Origin: an uncultured virus (IMG/VR IMGVR_UViG_3300045599_000077)
Lineage: Duplodnaviria; Heunggongvirae; Uroviricota; Caudoviricetes
Virus record (IMG/VR): IMGVR_UViG_3300045599_000077
Reading direction: 5' to 3' (one strand)
Length of the DNA: 64,000 bases
The notes under the pieces: generated by a model
Told to the model about the DNA's origin: nothing
What the model saw: the letters and a program-made list of their open reading frames with translations, nothing else
Database searches by the model: none
Shown here: positions 1 through 8,687 of the stretch, in pieces
Layout of the letters: every line of letters begins with the position of its first letter
Numbering within the stretch: position 1 is the stretch's first letter
Program-made: the position numbers and the translations under genes

Positions 1-1860
1 CTATGCTTCTTCTATAGTTTCTTCAGACACATCATAATACATGGTATCGTGAGGAAGTTTAATATTTGGCACCCAGATTGCTTTTCCACCCCATCCCTTA
101 GTACCAGTCACTTGATACATGGTCAGAACTACTTTGTCATGGAAAGTGCCACCTAGTTTCCAGTCGTTCGGAGACAACAAGGCTCCTGTCCCTTGTGCAA
201 CATCTCTTCCTCTTCTGACAATCAAAATACCCTGTCCAGCTGGTTGTTCTGAAAGAAGTGTATCAATGACAGAAAGGAATGCATCTAACTTGAAATCCGG
301 GCTGGCAATAATGTGAGATAATATTTTCTTAATTAACCTCAAATTTACCTGGTAATAAGGATCATCATTGGAGAAAGGCTCCAATAGTTTTGATATATCA
401 TCTATGGTGTTATTATCTGGATAGAACGGATAATAGTTCGTTCCCCCTGAAAGGATATTAACTCGTTTATTATCAATTACATTCCTTCGAGTTGGATTCA
501 ATCCAACTGGATAATAAATTTTTATGTTTTCAATTCCTTGCTCTACTTGTGCGATAATGGCATTATTAGTAGCGTTAATGTCCGCAAATAATTTATAGAG
601 TTGTTCATCTATAAATATCTTCATCATGCCAGAGTCTCTGTCATAACCAAACATCCTACTATGTTGCCACATAGTATCAGCCTGGGGCTTTTTGCTGGTT
701 CTTGTATAATAAATTGTCTGTAGCCCTGGAAAAGTTACGCCTCGGCCTAGAGTGTTTCCGCCTACGATAAAATTACAGCCTGTTGCATAATCTGGACTCT
801 CAACATCTGTTTTTCCATTCATAACAAGAATTTTTATACCTTTTTTTTCCAACAAGTCCTTGATAGTTTTATAGATAACTTCAAAAGAAAGTTTCTCACT
901 TTTGTTGGGTTCTAAAGAATCATAGTGGGTTTGTAATTCTGTGATGAATTCGGTATTGATATGCTCCATACACCAATCTAGTTCCTTTGCGACATCGTCA
1001 GCAAAACGCTGGTGGACATTTTGTCGTACACTCGGATGTAGAAGGCAATTTGACACTTTTCCTTTTGATGCCAAAATCTGAGCAGATACAGCAAGGTGGC
1101 GCATAACAACACTTCGTGTCGGTCGTTTGATTGTTTCAAGAAAATCAATGCATTCAGGTTTACTGCTTGTTGGAAAGAAAAAGTCTCCACCTAAATAGCC
1201 ATCCCCTGGATGGAAGTAGTATGTAAAATATGGATGCCAACCAGACGCAAGGGTCTGTAATAAGATTGCTTGAGGCGTACCTGTAACCTGTAGGTATAAG
1301 CTACTTGATGCTCCATTTTTTATAGAATCCAGATATCTATTAATTGATGACTGACTATTACGGTTTATTAGAGTATTTAAGGAAGCGGCATCTGCCTCAT
1401 CATCAACGATGAATAGAGGATTGCCCTTCATAAAGCCTGTAGAATTAAATACATTTGCCCACAATCTTAGTACTCTTGCATTTTTCTTTAGAACGACAAT
1501 GGCTGGCTTAACAAGGCTATTTTCAATAAATAAGCCTGAGTCGTTTTCGCCACAAAGACAGAAACCGTCTAAGTCGTCTCTAACTCGATCTAAGGTTTGT
1601 TGTTGCAAGACAACATTGTCTGTTGTGAGTAAGATGAATGCAGGAAATCCTAAATCTGCAGCTTTGCACATAACGCCAAACATTTGACCGGTTTTTCCAG
1701 ATTGCACATTACCAAACAACAAGCCAATCTCATGACTTATAAATGAAAAATTGCGAATATGTTGATTACCAATATCTTCAGCCGTTTTGGAAATGGACTC
1801 AGCTAATTTTTCATTACCTCGATCTTTTATTTTTTGCAGATATGTTTTTAAATATTGCAT
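1..1860 (-). CDS. Z1-domain SF2 helicase/ATPase subunit of NgoAVII/CglI-type restriction system
   Basis: Walker A GNVQSGKT, DDEAD, VTGTP, Z1-type LGRGVTFPGL and QADTMWQHSRMFGY; GAGGTG RBS before ATG at 1860; TAG at 3-1. Confidence 0.8.
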   Translation of the reverse strand: MQYLKTYLQKIKDRGNEKLAESISKTAEDIGNQHIRNFSFISHEIGLLFGNVQSGKTGQMFGVMCKAADLGFPAFILLTTDNVVLQQQTLDRVRDDLDGFCLCGENDSGLFIENSLVKPAIVVLKKNARVLRLWANVFNSTGFMKGNPLFIVDDEADAASLNTLINRNSQSSINRYLDSIKNGASSSLYLQVTGTPQAILLQTLASGWHPYFTYYFHPGDGYLGGDFFFPTSSKPECIDFLETIKRPTRSVVMRHLAVSAQILASKGKVSNCLLHPSVRQNVHQRFADDVAKELDWCMEHINTEFITELQTHYDSLEPNKSEKLSFEVIYKTIKDLLEKKGIKILVMNGKTDVESPDYATGCNFIVGGNTLGRGVTFPGLQTIYYTRTSKKPQADTMWQHSRMFGYDRDSGMMKIFIDEQLYKLFADINATNNAIIAQVEQGIENIKIYYPVGLNPTRRNVIDNKRVNILSGGTNYYPFYPDNNTIDDISKLLEPFSNDDPYYQVNLRLIKKILSHIIASPDFKLDAFLSVIDTLLSEQPAGQGILIVRRGRDVAQGTGALLSPNDWKLGGTFHDKVVLTMYQVTGTKGWGGKAIWVPNIKLPHDTMYYDVSEETIEEA

Positions 1861-1871
1861 TGATACACCTC

Positions 1872-3020
1872 TCATTCGTTAGTAATTGTTTCAAACGATA
1901 AAACCCACACATCAAGCTCGGTGCCATCTTCGTCCAATGCTTTCTGATCTGTTTTTGAAAGTACAAGGCTATCGCAACCGTATGCTTGTAACATTTCTTT
2001 CGTAATCATTCCCTTACGATCAGTATCAGCTTGGGTGTCATTAACTGGTGTTACTAAACCTGCTGCTGCAAGTCTACCTTTAATCCAACGACCAAGAATG
2101 AGTTCATCGCCAACAGCACTGAATTGTTTATTGCCATCGCTTGTGGTATGAGCTTTAAACCAATAGCCATCATCGGTTACAACAAAAAAAGGCTTGTTTT
2201 TTTCAGGGTAACCTTCTGAACGAGTTATCGCTTTGCTAACAGTCAATTGAGTTTCGTACCAATCACGGGATTTCCTTTTACTTCGTGGTGCGGCATAGCT
2301 AACATTTATATTTGACTTTGTGAAATGCTTACCATCATCCATATGCCGCTCATCGTAAGCAGGAACTTTTAATGGCAGTACAAAAGAAACATCTGTTTTA
2401 TGCTGTTCATAAAGCTGTACACCAGTTTGGGGAATCTGTGTTACCATATCAATGCCACTAAGTGATGTGTTAACTTCTCTGATTATTGGCATTCCTGTTA
2501 TGTTAGCAATATTATCAGAGCAGTTCTGAGCCTTTAACTTCTCTAAAAATTCTGCGATTTCTTTACATTCAGTAGCATCATCAGTAATCGATGAGATTTC
2601 ATACTGCCTACGGTTATTAGCATCTAATTTGATTACACCTAAGTTTGCGGAACCAATTATAGCAGAAAAAGGTTGCTCATCTTTATAAAAGCAGTATACT
2701 TTTCCATGATATTTGAATGCTTTTACGATCTTAATTTCACCTATACCAGTCTCTATCCATTTCTTGTTGATTTCTAAAGCAGTATTATATGATCCTTCTG
2801 GCATTCCTTCGATGAAGTACATTCCAATGGTAAGGCATATACTTGATATATTATGCTCTTCGACCAGATTGTCGAGTTCTTCCAAGGCAGCACGAGATAT
2901 ATATCCAACCGCGATTTCAACACGGTCTGATTTTGCAATCTGCTCGTTAAAACAATCTATAATTGTTTGTTGGCCCTCTGATGTTCCAAGGGGTAGGATA
3001 TTTGAATATAACAGTTTCAT
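1872..3020 (-). CDS. NgoFVII-family PLD restriction endonuclease
   Basis: HxK motif YHGKVYCF plus GSANL; C-terminal specificity domain; AAAGGAG RBS before ATG 3020. Confidence 0.8.
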   Translation of the reverse strand: MKLLYSNILPLGTSEGQQTIIDCFNEQIAKSDRVEIAVGYISRAALEELDNLVEEHNISSICLTIGMYFIEGMPEGSYNTALEINKKWIETGIGEIKIVKAFKYHGKVYCFYKDEQPFSAIIGSANLGVIKLDANNRRQYEISSITDDATECKEIAEFLEKLKAQNCSDNIANITGMPIIREVNTSLSGIDMVTQIPQTGVQLYEQHKTDVSFVLPLKVPAYDERHMDDGKHFTKSNINVSYAAPRSKRKSRDWYETQLTVSKAITRSEGYPEKNKPFFVVTDDGYWFKAHTTSDGNKQFSAVGDELILGRWIKGRLAAAGLVTPVNDTQADTDRKGMITKEMLQAYGCDSLVLSKTDQKALDEDGTELDVWVLSFETITNE

Positions 3021-3024
3021 TAGC

Positions 3025-3255
3025 TCACTCCTTTGTTTTTGGTGGGGTTTCTGTAGTTTTTTCAATCTCCATAATATCTGAAATATCGCAGTTAAGCGCC
3101 TTACATACTTTTATTAAAATGTCAGTATTAACATTTTCATTTTTTCCAAGCTTAGCCATTGAAGCTGTACTAATACCAGCTGCTTCTCTTAAGTCCTTTT
3201 TTTTCATGTCTCTATCAATAAGAAGTTTCCACAGTTTTTTATAACTTATGGACAT
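3025..3255 (-). CDS. Cro/C1-type HTH regulator
   Basis: 76 aa, SYKKLWKLLIDRDMKKKDL...CDISDIME typical of the Cro/C1 HTH_26 family. Confidence 0.85.
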   Translation of the reverse strand: MSISYKKLWKLLIDRDMKKKDLREAAGISTASMAKLGKNENVNTDILIKVCKALNCDISDIMEIEKTTETPPKTKE

Positions 3256-3353
3256 AATATCACCTCGCCTTAGTACCTAGCCTAAGTTAATAAATAAAGT
3301 TTATCACAAAGTTAGCGAAGCAACAATTAAAATTCGCAAACGTAAAATAAATG

Positions 3354-3381
3354 TTGAGGCAATCAAAATACATGTTATAAT
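3354..3381 (+). promoter_or_regulatory. sigmaA-type promoter for ImmA-like gene
   Basis: TTGAGG-16 nt-TATAAT with extended -10 TG. Confidence 0.5.
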
Positions 3382-3455
3382 TTACCTATGAACTAATGTT
3401 TGAATAGTAAAAATCCTTAAAGATATTAATTTCATATGGGTGAGGAGGGAGTGCC

Positions 3456-5324
3456 TTGGCGGGTAATCGTTCTTTTAAAGATTACGTGGCTGATAGATTC
3501 TATAATGAGATATTTTCTGCCATACAAACCTATGCAACGGATAGTTGTGAAGATTTAGACTTACGGTTATACAGGGTTCGAAACATTGGCGGCATAGAAT
3601 TGTCAGATGTAGAAGTTAAGTTTGTGTCAGTTAATGACTTACCGGACATGAAAATAGAATTTGATGTTGCTGTTGAAGCTGAATTCGAAGTCCGTGAATC
3701 AAATCATCGTTATGATGAATCAGAAAATTGCCGGCAATGGTTTATGCTAGAATGCTCAGGTGATTTGGGTTGCAATTTGGATGATTTTTCAATCTCTAGT
3801 ATAACTGAGTATACTAGCAAAAATAGGCAGCCAAAACCTATGTCAGACTCCCTTGTCCCTATCATTCATAAGGAACAATTAGAATCTGTTGCCACAGACT
3901 TCCTTAGAAGACATCACCCTGAAGCATTAAAAACCCCAATGGCAGTTGAGCCACAGGTGTTGGCAGAAAAAATGGGCCTTACAGTAGAAATGAGAGAGAT
4001 TACAAAGGATTTCTCTGTTTTTGGGCAGATATACTTTCACGACTGTGATGCAGAATTTTATGATGAAGACATCGATGAAATGGTACAAACCCGTGTGAAT
4101 GCCCGTACAATAATTGTGGACCCAAAAGCTTACTTTCTTCGTAACTTGGGATCAGTCAATAATACTATTGTGCATGAGTGTGTTCATTGGGATCAACATA
4201 GAAAAGCATTTGAATTGGAGCGGCTATATAACAGCAGTGTCACACGAATCAAGTGTCAGGTAGTCGGGGGTATAAAAGACAATACCAGAGATGCAACTGA
4301 CTGGATGGAATGGCAGGCGAATGCTCTCGCTCCAAAGATACAAATGCCACTTGCCATGTTTAAAACCCAAGCATTTAAATTTATTAAGCAATTCCGTTCA
4401 GAAATGGGAACATCTGAACTTATAGATGTAATGGAGCCAGTTATTGACGCCTTAGCAACGTTCTTCAGCGTATCTCGGACAGCAGCTAAAATTCGAATGA
4501 TTGATGCTGGATATGAGGAAGCAATCGGAACCTTTACTTACATAGATGGTCGCTACGTCAAGCCTCACAGATTTAAGAAGGGTGCGCTTGAAAGAAATCA
4601 GACCTTTTCTATAAGCGCAGAGGATGCTGCCATCCAAAGCATTACCAATCCAGAAATGGCCGCTTTAGTTAGGGACGGAAGTTATATATATGTAGATTCC
4701 CACTTTGTCTTAAACCATCCAAAATATATAACACGGGATATATTTGGACAGACTGTACTTACCGACTATGCACGAACCCATATGGAAGAGTGTTGCTTGG
4801 TTTTCGAGTTATCAGTTAAATCTGGATGTAAGGAAAGATACTATACCGAATGTTTCCTCAACCGTGATAAAACATCGAATATTGATTTTGATATAAAATT
4901 TTGTAATGGTTTTGAGTATGCGGCTCCAGAAAAGAAGGCCCAATTACTAGCCGAAACAATAGCGGAAGAAATGCGAATCTATAATGAATTGCCAAATAGT
5001 TATACCAGCTCTCTTAAAATAGTTCGTAAGTGGAGAAATGTAACTTATAACGAATTAGCAGAGGAAATAATGGTCAATGAGCGTACCATAAGAAGAATAG
5101 TTAATGGTGAAGAACCAGGCTCTATTAATTCCATAGTTTTAATTTGCCTTGGACTTCATCTGCCACCTAAAATTAGTAACCATATAATTAGCAATTCTCC
5201 ATTTTCGTTGAACTTCAATAACAATAGTCACATTTGGTATGATTTTGCATTGACTCACCTATATCCAAAATCGATGGATGAGATTAGAGCATTTTTACAA
5301 GAACATGGCGCAGATCCATTATAA
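3456..5324 (+). CDS. ImmA/IrrE-family metallopeptidase fused to C-terminal XRE HTH
   Basis: HECVH (HExxH), EWQANALA, C-terminal TYNELAEEIMVNERTIRRI HTH; TTG start after GAGGAGG. Confidence 0.75.
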   Translation: MAGNRSFKDYVADRFYNEIFSAIQTYATDSCEDLDLRLYRVRNIGGIELSDVEVKFVSVNDLPDMKIEFDVAVEAEFEVRESNHRYDESENCRQWFMLECSGDLGCNLDDFSISSITEYTSKNRQPKPMSDSLVPIIHKEQLESVATDFLRRHHPEALKTPMAVEPQVLAEKMGLTVEMREITKDFSVFGQIYFHDCDAEFYDEDIDEMVQTRVNARTIIVDPKAYFLRNLGSVNNTIVHECVHWDQHRKAFELERLYNSSVTRIKCQVVGGIKDNTRDATDWMEWQANALAPKIQMPLAMFKTQAFKFIKQFRSEMGTSELIDVMEPVIDALATFFSVSRTAAKIRMIDAGYEEAIGTFTYIDGRYVKPHRFKKGALERNQTFSISAEDAAIQSITNPEMAALVRDGSYIYVDSHFVLNHPKYITRDIFGQTVLTDYARTHMEECCLVFELSVKSGCKERYYTECFLNRDKTSNIDFDIKFCNGFEYAAPEKKAQLLAETIAEEMRIYNELPNSYTSSLKIVRKWRNVTYNELAEEIMVNERTIRRIVNGEEPGSINSIVLICLGLHLPPKISNHIISNSPFSLNFNNNSHIWYDFALTHLYPKSMDEIRAFLQEHGADPL

Positions 5325-5385
5325 AATTTAATATATTTTGAAAAAGCGGACACGTAATGTCCGTTTTTTAGTTGCAAAATATGTG

Positions 5386-5429
5386 AGCCATACATGAATC
5401 CTTTTAAGGGTTTATGTATGGCTTTTTTT
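5386..5429 (+). terminator. Intrinsic terminator
   Basis: AGCCATACATGAATCCTT / AAGGGTTTATGTATGGCT stem followed by T-run. Confidence 0.75.
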
Positions 5430-5535
5430 ATTGTTGTTTTTAGGCGTTTTTGTGGGGAAAAGCGTAATTTTGAGCCTGAAATTAACGGGCATGAGGTGTC
5501 CGCCAAGGCTGTCCAATTCTCTCTTACAATAATGA

Positions 5536-5780
5536 TAGACGAAGGAAAGGTCCTTCGTAGTTAGCAAGAATTAGACCATTCCTCGTCTACAAAAAAATAT
5601 CAAATGCCTGATTTGCAATAAGGGCAAAGGATACATATTGCTACGTTTCAGTCCGTTATGGATTGTTATACGTTGCAATAGAAGTACCTTACCTTGTTGC
5701 GCTCATTTTCAGGACAAAGGGTCTGTGTACTTCGAGGCACAGACCTATTTTTGTATCCTTTGCCGCCAATGCAGTCCGGC
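5536..5780 (+). ncRNA. Putative structured leader RNA upstream of sigma-like gene
   Basis: 13-bp perfect stem 5623-5635/5752-5764 enclosing stems 5636-5646/5670-5680 and 5720-5727/5738-5745; alternative hairpins at 5536-5589. Confidence 0.5.
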
Positions 5781-5794
5781 GGAAAGGATGCAAA

Positions 5795-6364
5795 ATGAAA
5801 ATTAGAATTATGTACGACAACAAACCTACCTATTTGGAGGTACCAGACGAGGACTTTACCTTAATGATTGATATGGACTATGAGGACAGGCTATCCTGTG
5901 CCGAAGATAAGGAAACGGTGAGTCGACGGTCGCCACAGGAAATTATGGACGAGCGTTTCAACAAGCCAGAGTACAATAACTGGCATAAACTTGATCGTCA
6001 TTCAGCTACTACTACCCCGCCTAAGAAGCTTAATGGAAAAAGGGGCTACACAAAAGCCACTGACGATAATGAGGGTAAAAACATAAAGGAAAATACGATT
6101 GAGTTATATCCTGATAACACCGATGAAGTGACTCGAGAGAAACAAGAAGAATATGAATACCTCTGTGAAATTATCCGCAAGACCCTCAAGGAAAAACAAG
6201 CAGAGTTACTGATTGCTATATTCCTAGATGGTGTTTCTGTAACAGAGTATGCAGAGCGTGAGGGTGTTAGTAAAAGCGCCATTTCACACCGTATAGATAC
6301 AGCCAAGAAGAATTTCAAAAAAGTTTTTCCTGAATCCTCAACTTTCCCCTCTTGCCACGGCTAA
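5795..6364 (+). CDS. Sigma-70 region-4 family transcription factor
   Basis: C-terminal LKEKQAELLIAIFLDGVSVTEYAEREGVSKSAISHRIDTAKKNF; AAAGGA RBS before ATG 5795. Confidence 0.75.
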   Translation: MKIRIMYDNKPTYLEVPDEDFTLMIDMDYEDRLSCAEDKETVSRRSPQEIMDERFNKPEYNNWHKLDRHSATTTPPKKLNGKRGYTKATDDNEGKNIKENTIELYPDNTDEVTREKQEEYEYLCEIIRKTLKEKQAELLIAIFLDGVSVTEYAEREGVSKSAISHRIDTAKKNFKKVFPESSTFPSCHG

Positions 6365-6375
6365 TAGATAGAGGG
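6333..6375 (+). promoter_or_regulatory. Phage-specific promoter motif copy 1
   Basis: AATCCTCAAC-N16-GGCTAATAGATAGAGGG, also at 10637 and 40999. Confidence 0.7.
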
Positions 6376-6410
6376 CAGTACATAAACGCTCTCGGAAAGA
6401 GGTGAAGAAA

Positions 6411-6629
6411 ATGAAACACAACTTGAAAATCAGTGTTTCAAAAACTCCACAGACTGGCGGGATTGTTTCCTGTCGTAATGTCACCATAAGGGAGCGTTTC
6501 CTTCGTTTCTTACTTGGTGATAAGCAGAAACTGACTATCCTTGTTCCGGGTGACACCGTACAAGAACTCGCCATTAGTGAGATTAAGGAGGGAGGATTAA
6601 ACCATGAGCAAAATCAAACTACTTCTTGA
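6411..6629 (+). CDS. Phage hypothetical protein
   Basis: GAGGTG RBS, first gene of replication operon. Confidence 0.7.
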   Translation: MKHNLKISVSKTPQTGGIVSCRNVTIRERFLRFLLGDKQKLTILVPGDTVQELAISEIKEGGLNHEQNQTTS

Positions 6630-6927
6630 TGTGGTTTCTGATATGCGCTCTTTGGCAGACAGCATACAAGCGGTTGCTGATGCAATGGCGGGCAATGAAT
6701 CTGTCGAAGCAAAAGAACCGACTACACCTGTAAAAGAACCTACGCCAAAGAAAAAGGAGATCACTCTGGAGAAAGTCAGGGCAAAACTCGCTGAAAAGAG
6801 TCAAGTCGGTCTTACTGCCCAAGTGAGGGAAATCATCCAAAAATACGGCGGCTCCAAATTAAGCGAAGTTGACCCGAAACATTATGCAGATATGTTGAAA
6901 GATGCGGAGGTACTAGGTAATGAGTGA
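6604..6927 (+). CDS. Conserved phage protein preceding DUF2800
   Basis: GGAGGA RBS; ITLEKVRAKLAEKS...YGGSKLSEVDP typical of this replication operon. Confidence 0.75.
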   Translation: MSKIKLLLDVVSDMRSLADSIQAVADAMAGNESVEAKEPTTPVKEPTPKKKEITLEKVRAKLAEKSQVGLTAQVREIIQKYGGSKLSEVDPKHYADMLKDAEVLGNE

Positions 6928-8068
6928 TCACGCAGTACTTTCCGCATCGGGGTCCCATAGGTGGCTTAATTGCCTTCCTTCTGCAAGATTGGAACTGGAA
7001 TTTGAAAATAGTGAATCCAATGCAGCCGCTGAAGGTACCGCCGCCCATGCTCTCTGTGAACATAAACTTAAAAAAGCACTTCACATGAGAAGTAAACGGC
7101 CAGTCTCGGTGTATAACTCTGATGAAATGGAAGAACACAGCGATGCCTATGTGGAATTTGTAATGGAGCAGCTGGAACTGGCAAGGCAAAGCTGTACGGA
7201 CCCGTTAATACTTATTGAACAACGTCTTGATTTTTCTTGCTATGTACCCCAGGGGTTCGGAACTGGTGATTGCATCATTATTGGCGATAAAAAGCTTCAT
7301 ATTATCGATTTTAAGTATGGCATGGGTGTGTTAGTAGATGCAGTGGAAAACCCGCAGATGAAATTGTATGCCCTTGGTGCTTTAGAAATCTACGATAGCT
7401 TGTACGATATCGAGGAGGTTTCCATGACCATCTTCCAACCCCGCAGGGAAAATGTCAGCACATGGACAATCCCGGTAAAGGAATTAAAAGACTGGGCAGA
7501 AAATGAACTGAAGCCAAAGGCGAAGAAGGCCTATGAAGGCGAAGGTGACTATCTTCCAGGTGAATGGTGTACTTTCTGTCGAGCGGCTGTCAAATGCCGT
7601 GCAAGAGCAGAAGAAAAGCTGAAATTAGCACAGATGGAATTTAAACTGCCACCCCTGCTTACGGACTCTGAAATTGAGGAAGTTCTTTCTAAATTGTCCG
7701 ACCTTACAAAGTGGGCAAATGAAATCATCGCTTATGCCACGGATGCAGCCGTTAATCACGGCAAAGAGTGGCACGGTTTTAAGGTAGTTGAGGGTAGATC
7801 CGTCCGCAAATATAAGGACGAAGAGGCTGTGGCTGAAGCAGCCAAGGCAAACGGCTATAAGGATATCTATCGTCAGAGTCTCATTACCCTTACGGAAATG
7901 CAGAAGCTGATGGGCAAAAAGAAATTTGAGCAAATTCTCGGTGGTCTCATACATAAACCACTGGGCAAACCAACGCTGGTTCCACTTTCGGATAAGCGGC
8001 CAGCTATGAATATATCAAACGTAAAAAACGAATTTAACGAAATAACGGAGGAATTGGAATATGAATAA
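6920..8068 (+). CDS. DUF2800 Cas4/PD-(D/E)xK-like phage exonuclease
   Basis: HAVLSASGSHRWLNC, FGTGD, IIDFKYG, QMKLYALG, WCTFCRAAVKC. Confidence 0.85.
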   Translation: MSDHAVLSASGSHRWLNCLPSARLELEFENSESNAAAEGTAAHALCEHKLKKALHMRSKRPVSVYNSDEMEEHSDAYVEFVMEQLELARQSCTDPLILIEQRLDFSCYVPQGFGTGDCIIIGDKKLHIIDFKYGMGVLVDAVENPQMKLYALGALEIYDSLYDIEEVSMTIFQPRRENVSTWTIPVKELKDWAENELKPKAKKAYEGEGDYLPGEWCTFCRAAVKCRARAEEKLKLAQMEFKLPPLLTDSEIEEVLSKLSDLTKWANEIIAYATDAAVNHGKEWHGFKVVEGRSVRKYKDEEAVAEAAKANGYKDIYRQSLITLTEMQKLMGKKKFEQILGGLIHKPLGKPTLVPLSDKRPAMNISNVKNEFNEITEELEYE

Positions 8069-8609
8069 TCAAAACAGAACTAAGGTTGTTACAAGCGTCA
8101 ACACACGTCTTAGCTACTTTCACGGCTGGGAGCCCGTATCTATCAATGGCGGAGCGGAAAAGTACAGCGTATCCGTATTGATTCCCAAAACAGATAAGGA
8201 AACCATCAATGCTATCAATGCAGCAGTAGATGCAGCCATTGAGGAGGGCATTGCAAAGTTTGGTGGTAAAAAGCCGAATAAGGCTGCTATCAAACTGCCA
8301 CTTCGAGATGGTGACGTAGAACGTGATGATGAGGCTTACAAAGGGCATTACTTTGTAAATGCCAACAGCAAGACTCCACCTCAAATAGTAGATAAAGCAG
8401 TTAGACCTATCTTGGATCGCAACGAGGTTTACAGCGGTTGTTATGCAAGAGTGTCACTTAATTTTTATGCTTTCAATTCTAACGGGAACAAGGGTGTGGC
8501 CTGCGGACTTGGTAACATCCAGAAGATTAGAGATGGAGAGCCTTTAGGCAGCAGAACCACAGCGGCTGATGATTTCACCACAATTGAAGATGATGATTTC
8601 CTAGCATAA
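8061..8609 (+). CDS. DUF2815 phage ssDNA-binding protein
   Basis: LPLRDGD, YSGCY, GLGNIQK, acidic C-terminal tail DDDFLA. Confidence 0.85.
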   Translation: MNNQNRTKVVTSVNTRLSYFHGWEPVSINGGAEKYSVSVLIPKTDKETINAINAAVDAAIEEGIAKFGGKKPNKAAIKLPLRDGDVERDDEAYKGHYFVNANSKTPPQIVDKAVRPILDRNEVYSGCYARVSLNFYAFNSNGNKGVACGLGNIQKIRDGEPLGSRTTAADDFTTIEDDDFLA

Positions 8610-8627
8610 CAGCTAAAGTATGAATAT

Positions 8628-8666
8628 AAACGGGGTGGTGGAAGTTGTTCTTCTGTCACCTCGTTT
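8628..8666 (+). other. 17-bp RNA stem-loop between SSB and polymerase genes
   Basis: AAACGGGGTGGTGGAAG/CTTCTGTCACCTCGTTT fully paired with G-U; weak U-tract. Confidence 0.55.
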
Positions 8667-8687
8667 GCATTGGAAAGGGTGTAATAC

